Positions 47,629-58,016 of a stretch of DNA of 64,000 bases are shown in pieces. The stretch is from Candidatus Freyarchaeum deiterrae (GTDB lineage Archaea > Asgardarchaeota > Jordiarchaeia > Jordiarchaeales > Jordiarchaeaceae): NCBI GenBank assembly GCA_037305845.1, contig CP147778.1, positions 1,888,001 to 1,952,000 of the forward strand. The letters are read 5' to 3'. Every line of letters starts with the position of its first letter. Within the stretch, counting starts at the first letter, position 1. Position numbers and translations under genes: made by a program. The notes beneath the pieces were generated by a model. The model saw nothing but the letters and a program-made list of their open reading frames with translations, made no database searches and was not told the DNA's origin.

Positions 47629-48774
47629 ATGAAAAGAATATATATGGATCATGCCGCAACAACATATGTCGATCCTAGAGTGGTTCAAGCAATGCTTCCC
47701 TACTTTACGGAAATTTTCGGGAATGCTTCAAGTTTACACTTTTTCGGTAGGGAGGCCAAAGAAGCTCTTGAAAATTCTCGGGAAGTTGTTGCTAAGGCTC
47801 TGGGAGCCAGTCCGGATGAAGTATATTTTACTTCGGGAGGAACCGAGTCCGATAATACAGCTATCAAGGGTGTTATGTACGCAAACAGAAACAAAAACCA
47901 TGTGATCACAAGCATCATTGAACACCACGCTGTATTAGAAACATGTAACTATCTCCAAGAACAGGGCTTTGAGGCTACGTATTTACCGGTAGATAAGCAA
48001 GGTTTCGTCAGCCTAAATCATCTAGAGGATTCTATTACGGATAAAACTGGACTCGTTACAGTAATGCATGCTAATAATGAGATTGGAACAATAGAACCCA
48101 TAAAAGAGATAGGAAAGATAACAAAGGAAAACGATATCTACCTACATACCGATGCTGTTCAAAGTTTTGGTAAAATTCCAACAAATGTAGATGATTTGAA
48201 TGTAGATTTGCTTTCAATTTCTGGTCACAAGATATACGGTCCAAAAGGAGTAGGAGTTCTCTATATACGGGAAGGAGTGAAAATAGAGCCAGTACAGCAT
48301 GGGGGTGGACATGAGAGAGGAATGAGGTCTGGTACAGAGAATGTACCCGGCATTGTGGGTTTAGCGAAAGCGGTGGAAATTTTTCAGGCGGAAATGAAAA
48401 AAGAGTCTGAGCGCCTAAACGGTCTTAGAGATAAACTAATCAAGGGAGTTTCGGAAATTGATGATTCTTGGCTTAATGGGCATCCTACCAAGCGGTTGCC
48501 CAACAATGCTAACTTTAGTTTCGGCCGATTAGAGGGTGAGTCGTTGATACTTCGTTTAGATGCAAAGGGCATAGCTGCTTCAACTGGTTCAGCATGTTCC
48601 TCTGGTTCAGAATCCCCTTCTCATGTTCTAACCGCTATTGGTTTGACTCCGGAACAAGCTAATGGTTCACTTAGACTGACGCTTGGAAAACGTAATACGC
48701 AAGAAGATGTTGATTATGTTTTGGAAGTTCTGCCAGAAACAATTTCGGATTTGAGAAAACTATCTGCAGTATGA
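47629..48774 (+). CDS. iscS: Cysteine desulfurase
   Basis: YMDHAATT, TSGGTESDN, SGHKIYGPKG, STGSACSS. Confidence 0.96.
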   Translation: MKRIYMDHAATTYVDPRVVQAMLPYFTEIFGNASSLHFFGREAKEALENSREVVAKALGASPDEVYFTSGGTESDNTAIKGVMYANRNKNHVITSIIEHHAVLETCNYLQEQGFEATYLPVDKQGFVSLNHLEDSITDKTGLVTVMHANNEIGTIEPIKEIGKITKENDIYLHTDAVQSFGKIPTNVDDLNVDLLSISGHKIYGPKGVGVLYIREGVKIEPVQHGGGHERGMRSGTENVPGIVGLAKAVEIFQAEMKKESERLNGLRDKLIKGVSEIDDSWLNGHPTKRLPNNANFSFGRLEGESLILRLDAKGIAASTGSACSSGSESPSHVLTAIGLTPEQANGSLRLTLGKRNTQEDVDYVLEVLPETISDLRKLSAV

Positions 48775-48784
48775 GGTTATATGT

Positions 48785-49153
48785 ATGTACAGTAAAAAGG
48801 TGATGGATCACTTCGCAAATCCTCGAAACGTTGGTGAAATTAAAAGTGCCGACGGGATAGGATCAGTTGGAAATCCCGCAGATGGCGATGTTGTTACTAT
48901 GTATGTCAAAATTGAAAACAATATCATTAAAGATGTCAAGTTTAAAGTTAAAGGATGCCCAGCTGCTATTGCTACGGGTAGTATGACAACGGAGCTTGCG
49001 AGAGGGAAGACTCTAGAAGAGGGCCTAAAAATCACCAAGGAGGATGTTGCTAGAGAATTGGGTGGACTACCTGCCAAAAAGAACGAGTGTTCCAATTTAG
49101 GAGCTGATGCCCTACACGCTGCAATTAAAGACTATCTCAACAAACAATCATAA
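48785..49153 (+). CDS. iscU: IscU/NifU-type Fe-S scaffold (first Cys replaced)
   Basis: YSKKVMDHF.NPRNVG, GNPADGD, GCPAAIA, LGGLP..K.ECSNL. Confidence 0.9.
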   Translation: MYSKKVMDHFANPRNVGEIKSADGIGSVGNPADGDVVTMYVKIENNIIKDVKFKVKGCPAAIATGSMTTELARGKTLEEGLKITKEDVARELGGLPAKKNECSNLGADALHAAIKDYLNKQS

Positions 49154-49303
49154 AAAATGCATTACTCTTTCTTAGCTAATCATAATTTAAAGAGCGTGCG
49201 GCTGAGGTTGCTGGTTCCACAGGAATTCATAACAATTCTGTCTAATGGAGTTGAGGATTGTTCTCGTTCTATTTTTTCGCCCATGGTTCTTACTATTAGA
49301 TTT

Positions 49304-52300
49304 TTATCGCGGAAAGGCTGATAATTCCTTCACCAAGTCAGCCAGCGTTTTTTCCGGTGTGATAGTTGTTCCACTTCCAAATGCTCCTGAAATTGAAGCT
49401 TTTTTGTGAGCTTTGAAATTGTTTGAAATAAGTCGAGAGCGTTCTTCAGATTCTCCGCTACGCGCCCAATAAAATAGCACGAATTCTGTTCCTTCTGTTA
49501 TGGATCCTTCGATTTCAGGAAACTTCGCTTCTCTTATAAATCTCAACTTTTTATTCAGCCTTTTATTCTCAATTTCGGTAATTGAGCTAGGGTCTTCTGT
49601 CAATTTCTTTTGGGAAACTCCGAAAACTCTCGTGACTGCTCCAAGGGATTTTGAGGCTGCATTATGAACTCTAACATCTTCTAACAGTTTGATTAGAGGT
49701 CTAACCGCTTTTCCATCTACTACTCCCTCTTCGGCATACCGCGTGATGGCGATTGTTGAAAATAAAGCAACATCCTTATTCTCATTGCCAAGTAAATCAA
49801 TCAATTTATCCAAAGCATTCTCATCAATCTTGTCTTTTTCTGCATAGAAGGTTAGCGCAAGAGCGGTATTAATTAAAGTTATAGCAGTCTTGTCTTTGAG
49901 TAATTCAACCAAGTTTTTCAGAGCGGTTTCGCTAATTATATTATTTTCTGCGTAAAAAGCTAAGGCAAGCGCGGCGCTTGAGCGTACATAATCACTTTCG
50001 TCCTTAAGTAAACCTGCTAGTAGTTCCGCCGCCTTCTCCTCCACTATGCCGTTTTCCGCATATCTCGCCAGTGCCAGAGAAGCGTTGGATCTTATAAAAT
50101 TGTTCTCATCGCCTAACAGCATAATTAGTGGTTCAATACATTCAGGATTAACTATACTATTTTCAGCGTACCAAGCAAGTGCCAGCGAGGAGTTAATTCT
50201 AGTAACAAAACTAGCGTCACCAAGCAAACCAACTAAATGATCCAAAGCGTCCTCACTTACAATACCTTTCCCCGCGTAACTTGCAATAGTGTATGAGGCG
50301 TTCATTCTGACAATTATATTCTCATCACCAAGCATAGGTATTAAGGGCTCTAAAGCAATTTTATTAACCATACCCTTCTTTTCGGAAAAACTTGCTATAG
50401 AATATGCGGCATTTTCCCGTATTATCTCTCCCTCACTCTTAAGTAGTTCAATAAGCTTGTCCAAAGCTCTTGAGTCTACCAAACCGTTCATAGCATATCT
50501 TCCTACAGCGAAAGTAGTATTTTGAACAATTTCCGAATTCTCATCGCTGAGTAATCCTAGCAACGATTCTAAAGCCGCACCATTAACTAATCTATTTTCT
50601 GCGTATGCTCCAATAGCTGTTAATGCGTTTTTCTTAACATAAAAATCTTCATCGCTAATTAGGTTTATCAGTGGTAGGAGAGCATTCTCACTAACCAGAT
50701 TATTATCCGCGTAAAATCCTAAAGCTAGTGCGGTGTTGGACCTAATACGAGCATCTGTGTCACTGAGGAGATTCGTTAAGCCATCTAAAGCCTTTTTATC
50801 TACTTGCTTCTTTTCTCCGTAGGTTGCTATTGCTAGTGTGGCGTTCATTCTGGTTGTTGGGTTTTCGTCCGTTAGGAGTTTTACTAATGGCTTTAGAGCC
50901 TCTTTCTCAATCAGATCTTTTTCTCCGTAGGTTGCTATTGCTAGTGTGGCGTTCATTCTGGTTGTTGGGTTTTCGTCCGTTAGGAGTTTTACTAATGGGT
51001 TTAGAGCTTCTTCAGAAAAGATTTCTTTTCTTGTATATCTGGCTATTGCTAACGCAGCGTTTCCTCGAACATTATTGTTTTTATCCTCGAGCGCTTTCAC
51101 AATGGGTTCAACCGCATCTGGGTTCAACAACTCTTTTTCGGCGTAACTCGCCATAATTGCAGAAGCTAAAGTTCTAGAATCGACAAGTTCATCATTAAGC
51201 AGAGCAGTCAAAGCCCTTAAGGCCTCTTCCGATGTTAGATCTTTTCTAAGATACTCTTCGATTGCGTATAAAGTATTTAAACGGACTTGACTATCCCGAT
51301 CATCAAGAAGTATTGTAAGCCGTTTTGGCGCGTTTTCGGAAGTTAAACCTTTATTTGCATATTTTGCCAAAACTGCTGAAACTGCAGTACGAATACTAGT
51401 ATCACTATCTTCACATAATTCTAAGAGCGGTTCGAGAGCGGATTCGTCGACTAAATCATTTTCTGCATAAAATCCTAAAGCTATTGTCGCTTTCATACGA
51501 ATATCTTTATTATTATCCTTAAGAAGTATAATTAATGTTGTTAAGGCTTTACCATCAACGATGCTTCTTTGGGCATACAGACCAATAGCTGCGGTAGCCC
51601 TCAAACGAATTTCTTCATTATGATCATAAAGCAGCCCGATGAAAGGCTCCAACGCCTTCTGGTCTACCAAGCCATTCTCTGCGTAGTGCGCTAAAGCGAT
51701 TATACCCCCTTTACGAATATTTTCATCCTCATCTCCAAGCAATTTTACTAGAGGCTCTATTGCTTGCTCATCCACGAACCTATTTTGGGCGTAACTTGCA
51801 ATGGCGTATACTATATTTCCACGAATTTGATTATCCTCATCGCTTAATAATTTTATAAGAGGATTAACAGACTTCGAACCAACTAAACCCTTAGCCGCAT
51901 ACCATCTTATAGCAATGACAGCGTTTTTTCTAATAGCATCATTATCACTACCAAGCAATTTGACCAAAGCTTCTGTAGCTTCATTGGAAATAATCCCTTT
52001 TACAGCGTATCTTCCCACAGCGAAGGTCGCTGACCATAAAAGGTTAGAATCCTCCTCCTTAAACATCTCGACTAGAGGGCGCAAAGCTGCTTCGTTTAGA
52101 AACCCATTCTCAGCATAAAACCCTATTGCCGTCGCAGCTCTCATTCGAGTGTCCATTCGCCCTTCGTCGAGTAACTTAATCAAACCCTCCAAAACATTGC
52201 CGTCAACTAGACCTCTCTCTGAATAGCGAGCGGTAGCGTCCACCGCTCTCATTCTAACGTCATCATTCTCATCAGAAAGTAAGGTGGCTAGATACTCTAA

Positions 52301-55300
52301 GGCCTTCTTGTTCACAAGGGCGTTATCGGCGTACCTAGCAATAGCTGTAGCTGCGTTTCCACGGGTATACACATTCTCATCCTTAAGCAACTTCATTAGC
52401 AGTTCGACGGCCTTAACCTCAACTATTTCCTTCTCAGCGTAATTAGCGATAGCGGTTGCGGCGTTCCCCCGAACAAAGCTATCATCATCGCTGAGCAATG
52501 TTATTAAAGAATCCAAGGCCTTAATGTTAAAAACGCTTCCTTCAGCATACCTGGAAATAGCGGTTGCGGCGTTGCCCCGAATATCCGCTTCAGGGTCTGC
52601 AAGGAGCTTGGTTAATTTCACCAAAGCTCTCTCGCCAAATAAATTATTATCTGCATATCTTAGCAAAGTTATTACTGCATTTCCTCGGACACTTGTATCA
52701 CTGTCTCCTAGTAAAGCGATTAGGGGATCAAGGATATTAGAGTTAGTCGTACCGTTTTCCGCATATATTCCTAATGCGGTTATAGAATTGATGCGAATAT
52801 TCACATCTTTGTCATTCAGTAGAGATATTAAAGGCTCTATAGCTTCGTTGTAAAACATTTTGTTTTCGGCGTATTTTACCAATGCATAAACAGCATTTCT
52901 GCGAATATCGTCATTTTCATTTATTAACAATTTTGATAGTGGTTTCAAAGCCTTTTCTGAAAACAACTTTTTCTCTGAGTATACTACAATGGACTTGGTT
53001 GCGTTACCACAAGCAAGAGTATCCTTGTCTTCGAGGAGGATAATTATAGGCTCCAAAATATTTTCGTTTACAATATCATTTTTTGCATATTCACTTATAG
53101 CTTCAGCAGAATTGGAACGTATTTCTGCATTCTCATCACTGAGTAACCTAGATAGTGACTCTAGAGCTTTTTCGTCTAATAATCCCTTCTTCGAGTATTT
53201 GGTAATCGCTGCAGAGGATATTTTTCGGATTTCGGTTGCTTCGTCGTCGAGAAGTTTTGTTAGCGGTTTTAGAGCATCTGGGGAGACCATATTCTTATCC
53301 GCATAAATATTAATTGCAGTTGAAGCATTGAAACGGTTTTCAGGATTATTATCCGTTAATAAACCTACCAGTGATTTCAAGACGACTACATTAACTTTTC
53401 CCTTCTCAGCGTATCGGACAACTGCGCTGGAAGCTTTTGTTGAAACTCTTTCGTTCTCTTTATCTAGCAACTTTATTAAATGTTCTAAAGCTTCCTCATG
53501 AGTTAATCCCCTACTTGCATACTGAGCAATGGCCGAAGAGGCGTTAGCAAGAATATCTGGGTCTTCTTCTTCGAGCAGCTTGACTAACGGCGCTAACGCT
53601 TTCTTCTCTACAATATCCCTCTCAGCATAAAGAGATACAGCTAACGCAGACATGTTACGGATAGCATCATATTCATCGCTAAGTAACTTTATTAAAAAAC
53701 TGACCGCCTTTTCATTAACCACTTGTTTTTCAGCGTATTGTACTATCGAAATTGCAGAACTTAATCTTGTGTCACTACTTGCATCGGTTAAAAGTGTTGA
53801 TAATGGCTCTAAAGCTGCCTCATCTATAATCCCATTCATTGCATACAGACCTATTATTGCCGAAGCATTTGTACGTACGCTGGTTTCTCTTTCTCTTAGC
53901 AAACCAATGATCGGCTTCAGGGATTTTTCATAAATAAGATTATTCTCCGCATAGATTCTAAGTACATTCGATACGCTAGACAAAATAGTAGCATCTTTTA
54001 CTCCCAATAATTTTGTTAGAGGTTCAAGCAACCCCTCATCTAGTAATTTATTTTCAGCGTATAATTCAATCACTCTAACTACTCTTATGCGAAGGCCTAG
54101 GTTTTCATCGGCGAGCAGCTTAACCAAATATGGAAATATCTTCTCATCAAAGAGATTTTTCTCTGCGTAGACACCTATTGCATCAATAGACCTGATAATT
54201 ATATCCAAATCATTGTCTTCAAGCTGAGCTATGAGCGGTTCTAAGGCTTTCTCATCTATAAAGTCCTTTTGTCCGTATAATCCTATTGCAAGGGCGGCTT
54301 TTACACGTACGCTTGCGTTCTCATCTAGCAGTGCTTTCATCAGTGATTCCAACGCCGGCTCTTCAAAGAGATTATTCTCAGCATAGCTAACTATAGAATT
54401 AACGGCTCCTAGTCTAATTTCCGTATTTTTGTCTGAGAGAAGTTTTGTTAAATATTTCAATGCCTCTTTGTTAAATAGTTTCTTTTCTGAGTACCGCTCC
54501 AGTGCTTTTATGACGCTCATCTGTATGTCACTGTTCTCCTCGTTGAGGAGTCCTGTAAGTGGTTTCAATGCTTCCTCGTAGTAAAGTCCATTAACAGTGT
54601 ACAACATAATAGCGGTTAAGGCATTTCTTCTGGTATTCACATTTTCCTCAAGAAGCATTTCAGAAAGTGGTTTCAAAGCCTTGTCGGTAACCAACCCCTT
54701 CTCCGCATACCTTATAATTCCAATAACTGCTCTAGTCCTTAGCTCTATGTCCTCGTCGCTGAGAAGTTCTGTAAGAGGATTAATCGCCGCCTCATTTTGC
54801 AATCCTTTCTCCGCATAAATTCCGATTGCGAGTGCGCCGTTTCCTCGAATATTGCTGTCCTTGTCTCTTAAAAGTCCAATCAGGGGCTGCAGAGCAGAAT
54901 TATAAATTAATCCTTTCAACGCGTACAAAACTAATGTGATTGCTGCTGTGGTAAGAGTTGTTTTATTCTCGTCTGAGAGCAGTTTGGTTAGGGGTTTAAG
55001 AGCTTCGTTACTTAGTAGGTTTTTCTCGGCGTAGAGGCCTATCGCTGCTGCGGCTCTCATTCTTACATCGCTGACCTTATCTGAGAGCAGTTTGGTTAAG
55101 GGTTCAAGAGCTTCATTACTTAGTAGGTTTTTCTCGGCGTATTGGGCCAGCGCACCTGCGGCTCCTGCCCGTATTGCGTAATTTTTGTCATTAAGAAGTG
55201 AAATTAGGGCCTTTAAGGCTTTTATGTCAACGTAATCTTTCACCGCATATAATCCTACAGCGGCCACCGCGCTCATTCGTATTTCGTCATCACTATCGCT

Positions 55301-57889
55301 GAGCGAACTAATCAGAGGTTCTAACCCTTTTTTATCAACTAATCCTTTCTCCAAGTATCGGCCAATTGCATCAATAGCTTCTAGTCTTATATTTATATTC
55401 TTGTCTTCTAGGAGTGTTATAAAATGTTCTAAAATTGATTCATCAATGACATTATTTAGAGCATAGTATCCAATAGCATGTATTGCGTTTCTTTGAACGT
55501 TTGTGTCCTGATCATTTAAGAGCTTAATTAGTTGTGGGAGAGCGCTCTTTATCACTAAACCTCTTTCCGCATACAATCCCAAGGCTAGGGCAGCATTTCC
55601 ACGAACCTCTACGTTTTCATCAACCAAGAGTCTGTTTAGATGTTCTAATCCTCTTTCATTAACTTTGTCTTTTTCCGCGTATCGTGCGATTGCGAATGCA
55701 GCGTTTGTACGTGTGGCGCTGTCTTTATCATCTAACAGGCCTATCAAGGGGTTAATTAATTGTTCATCCACAATACCCTTACTCGCAAAGTCACCGATTG
55801 CAATGGCGGCGTTTCTTCGAACATTACCATTATTATCGCTTAAAAGTTTAGTTAATTCAAGTAGTACTTTCTCATCCATCAATCCCTTTTCGACATATCT
55901 CGCTATTGCGGCTGAGGCAGCTTCACGAATTTCATCATTTTTATCTTCTATTAGTTTGAGTAGAGGCTCAACTGCATTTTTATCAGTAATTTCATTTTCT
56001 GCATATCTAGCAATCGCGAGTGAAGCTCTGGCTTTAACGTTAAAATCTTCGTCTTTTAGAAGCTTTATAAGTTGGTTTAAGGCATTTTCGTTCACCAACT
56101 TATTTTCTGCATAATATATTAAAGCTGATAACACATTTGCAACAATCATTTTATCCTTATCAGAAAGTAATTTGATTAAAGGAACTACCGCTTCCAAATC
56201 AACTATTCCTTTCTCAGAGTATAATGCAATTACCGCAGTTGAGTTACCACGTGTTGTAGCATTATCCTCGTTGAGGAGCGTTATCACGTTCTTTAAAGCC
56301 TTACTCTCAATCATGCCTTTTTCAGCATAATGAGCTAGTGCGGCTGAGGTGGCTCCACGAATATCCACATTGCTATCTGTAAGCAAAGTAGTAATTAAGT
56401 CCAAAGCCCTTCTATTTAGCCAATCCTTTTTCGCATATAACCCGACAGCTATCGCAGCGTTCAAACGTATATTCGTTTCTTCTTTGCCCAGCAGGTCGAT
56501 CAGAGGTTCCAATGCTCTCTCATCAACCAGTTCTTTCTGAGCGTATAATGCAATCGCAATTACGGCATTAGTTTGAACTTCATAGTCCGGGTTACTGACA
56601 AGTGTTATTAAAGGATCCAGAGCGGAAAAATCAAAAATATCATTTCTTGCATAGTTTACTAAAATAGCTGAAGCGTTAAGATAAATCTCTGTGTCTTTTT
56701 CGTATAACAAATTGATCAAGAAGTTTAAGGCTTCTTTATTCACAACTCCCTTCTCTGTGTATTTAGCAACTGCTTCAAGAGCTCTCTTCCGTATTTCCTT
56801 ATTCTTATCTCTAAGAAGATTTGAAAGAGGCTCCAAAGCATCTTCTTCAACCAAATCTCTATCCGCGTATCGAACCAGTGCTAGAGTTGCATTTAATCGT
56901 ATGTTTTCATCCTTCTCGAGAAGAAGTGAGGTTAATGGTTTTAGGGCCCCTTCTTCTACCAAACCCTTTTCCGCGTAGCCAGCTATAATATGAGAAGAAG
57001 CTAGACGCGTTTCACTATCCTCATATTCTAATAATTCAATAAGGGGGTCTAGTACGTCGCTAGAGAAAATGCCTTTTTCTAAGTAGATATCTATTCCCCA
57101 TGCAGCAATACGCTGGATTTCGGTTTTACTATCGCTCAACAAGCTCATCATGAATTTTAGGGCGATAGCATTTACCATATTTTTCTCGGCGTATTTTGTA
57201 ACAGCATAGACCGCATTTTTACAAATTTCTTTATCCTCAGAACTCATCAGATTAATCATGGGGTTTAAAACTCTTTCATCTATTATTCCCCGTTCTAAAT
57301 ATTTCACAATAGCTTGAATTACGCGTAATCTTACATCCCGATCCTGATCCTCAAGAAGCGTAATTAATGAACCTATTCCGCTTTCGTCCACCAGATTTTT
57401 CTCAGCGTAGCGCAATACTGCTATCGCAGCGTTTTTCCTAACATTAGTTTCATCATCTGCCAGAAGTTTAATCAGGAGCTTCACTGCCCGTAAATCTGTC
57501 ATACCAACTTCTGCATAGTCCGCTATTGCTAAAGCTGCGTAAGATTTTGTTTTACTACTCACTTCTTCCAGAAGTGAGATAAGGGGTTCAACCGCCTGGC
57601 CTTCAAATTTTCCTTTTTCCGCGTAATTTGCTATCGTATACGCGGCGTTCATTTTAACCGTACTATCTGAATCGTAAAGAAGCTTAATTAACGGTTCCAA
57701 AACGTTTGGATCATATACCCCTTCTCCTGCCAGGTTTCCAAGAACTAGGGCAGCGTTCGCTCTAACATTAGGCTCTTTGTCAATAAGTAAACGCTCTAGT
57801 TTATCAACTGCCCTTTTGATCTTTCCTTCCTTGTATAATTTCAATGCCTCTTCTACTGGTTTGGGGTACTCATTGGAACTGTTTTCCAT
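49304..57889 (-). CDS. Giant HEAT-repeat solenoid protein (2861 aa, roughly 75 repeats of 36 aa)
   Basis: Consensus ALEPLIxLLxDxxxxVRxNAAxAIxxYAEKGLVDEK repeated almost end to end; short unique C-terminus. Confidence 0.93.
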   Translation of the reverse strand: MENSSNEYPKPVEEALKLYKEGKIKRAVDKLERLLIDKEPNVRANAALVLGNLAGEGVYDPNVLEPLIKLLYDSDSTVKMNAAYTIANYAEKGKFEGQAVEPLISLLEEVSSKTKSYAALAIADYAEVGMTDLRAVKLLIKLLADDETNVRKNAAIAVLRYAEKNLVDESGIGSLITLLEDQDRDVRLRVIQAIVKYLERGIIDERVLNPMINLMSSEDKEICKNAVYAVTKYAEKNMVNAIALKFMMSLLSDSKTEIQRIAAWGIDIYLEKGIFSSDVLDPLIELLEYEDSETRLASSHIIAGYAEKGLVEEGALKPLTSLLLEKDENIRLNATLALVRYADRDLVEEDALEPLSNLLRDKNKEIRKRALEAVAKYTEKGVVNKEALNFLINLLYEKDTEIYLNASAILVNYARNDIFDFSALDPLITLVSNPDYEVQTNAVIAIALYAQKELVDERALEPLIDLLGKEETNIRLNAAIAVGLYAKKDWLNRRALDLITTLLTDSNVDIRGATSAALAHYAEKGMIESKALKNVITLLNEDNATTRGNSTAVIALYSEKGIVDLEAVVPLIKLLSDKDKMIVANVLSALIYYAENKLVNENALNQLIKLLKDEDFNVKARASLAIARYAENEITDKNAVEPLLKLIEDKNDEIREAASAAIARYVEKGLMDEKVLLELTKLLSDNNGNVRRNAAIAIGDFASKGIVDEQLINPLIGLLDDKDSATRTNAAFAIARYAEKDKVNERGLEHLNRLLVDENVEVRGNAALALGLYAERGLVIKSALPQLIKLLNDQDTNVQRNAIHAIGYYALNNVIDESILEHFITLLEDKNINIRLEAIDAIGRYLEKGLVDKKGLEPLISSLSDSDDEIRMSAVAAVGLYAVKDYVDIKALKALISLLNDKNYAIRAGAAGALAQYAEKNLLSNEALEPLTKLLSDKVSDVRMRAAAAIGLYAEKNLLSNEALKPLTKLLSDENKTTLTTAAITLVLYALKGLIYNSALQPLIGLLRDKDSNIRGNGALAIGIYAEKGLQNEAAINPLTELLSDEDIELRTRAVIGIIRYAEKGLVTDKALKPLSEMLLEENVNTRRNALTAIMLYTVNGLYYEEALKPLTGLLNEENSDIQMSVIKALERYSEKKLFNKEALKYLTKLLSDKNTEIRLGAVNSIVSYAENNLFEEPALESLMKALLDENASVRVKAALAIGLYGQKDFIDEKALEPLIAQLEDNDLDIIIRSIDAIGVYAEKNLFDEKIFPYLVKLLADENLGLRIRVVRVIELYAENKLLDEGLLEPLTKLLGVKDATILSSVSNVLRIYAENNLIYEKSLKPIIGLLRERETSVRTNASAIIGLYAMNGIIDEAALEPLSTLLTDASSDTRLSSAISIVQYAEKQVVNEKAVSFLIKLLSDEYDAIRNMSALAVSLYAERDIVEKKALAPLVKLLEEEDPDILANASSAIAQYASRGLTHEEALEHLIKLLDKENERVSTKASSAVVRYAEKGKVNVVVLKSLVGLLTDNNPENRFNASTAINIYADKNMVSPDALKPLTKLLDDEATEIRKISSAAITKYSKKGLLDEKALESLSRLLSDENAEIRSNSAEAISEYAKNDIVNENILEPIIILLEDKDTLACGNATKSIVVYSEKKLFSEKALKPLSKLLINENDDIRRNAVYALVKYAENKMFYNEAIEPLISLLNDKDVNIRINSITALGIYAENGTTNSNILDPLIALLGDSDTSVRGNAVITLLRYADNNLFGERALVKLTKLLADPEADIRGNAATAISRYAEGSVFNIKALDSLITLLSDDDSFVRGNAATAIANYAEKEIVEVKAVELLMKLLKDENVYTRGNAATAIARYADNALVNKKALEYLATLLSDENDDVRMRAVDATARYSERGLVDGNVLEGLIKLLDEGRMDTRMRAATAIGFYAENGFLNEAALRPLVEMFKEEDSNLLWSATFAVGRYAVKGIISNEATEALVKLLGSDNDAIRKNAVIAIRWYAAKGLVGSKSVNPLIKLLSDEDNQIRGNIVYAIASYAQNRFVDEQAIEPLVKLLGDEDENIRKGGIIALAHYAENGLVDQKALEPFIGLLYDHNEEIRLRATAAIGLYAQRSIVDGKALTTLIILLKDNNKDIRMKATIALGFYAENDLVDESALEPLLELCEDSDTSIRTAVSAVLAKYANKGLTSENAPKRLTILLDDRDSQVRLNTLYAIEEYLRKDLTSEEALRALTALLNDELVDSRTLASAIMASYAEKELLNPDAVEPIVKALEDKNNNVRGNAALAIARYTRKEIFSEEALNPLVKLLTDENPTTRMNATLAIATYGEKDLIEKEALKPLVKLLTDENPTTRMNATLAIATYGEKKQVDKKALDGLTNLLSDTDARIRSNTALALGFYADNNLVSENALLPLINLISDEDFYVKKNALTAIGAYAENRLVNGAALESLLGLLSDENSEIVQNTTFAVGRYAMNGLVDSRALDKLIELLKSEGEIIRENAAYSIASFSEKKGMVNKIALEPLIPMLGDENIIVRMNASYTIASYAGKGIVSEDALDHLVGLLGDASFVTRINSSLALAWYAENSIVNPECIEPLIMLLGDENNFIRSNASLALARYAENGIVEEKAAELLAGLLKDESDYVRSSAALALAFYAENNIISETALKNLVELLKDKTAITLINTALALTFYAEKDKIDENALDKLIDLLGNENKDVALFSTIAITRYAEEGVVDGKAVRPLIKLLEDVRVHNAASKSLGAVTRVFGVSQKKLTEDPSSITEIENKRLNKKLRFIREAKFPEIEGSITEGTEFVLFYWARSGESEERSRLISNNFKAHKKASISGAFGSGTTITPEKTLADLVKELSAFPR
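50811..50998. repeat. Recent intragenic duplication: 80 identical nt at 108-nt period
   Basis: 50811-50890 is identical to 50919-50998. A second near-identical pair starts at 54973 and 55081. Confidence 0.9.
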
Positions 57890-58016
57890 TCAACCCCCTT
57901 CATAGGATTGGATTTTTAAATGAAGTGGTCTCTCTCTTCTTCGCGAGAAATAATACTTGAAAATGGTTATAATTTTAACGGTTACTAATAATGTTCAATA
58001 ATGGTGTTATACGAAT

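Noticed and set aside
49191-49270. K-turn-like hairpin (CTGA...TGAGGA) after iscU
   Set aside because: Weak, G-U-rich pairing between convergent genes; may just be a terminator region.
50046-56978. Many + strand ORFs inside the HEAT gene, and similar antisense ORFs across the window
   Set aside because: Antisense shadows of real genes with no independent coding signal.
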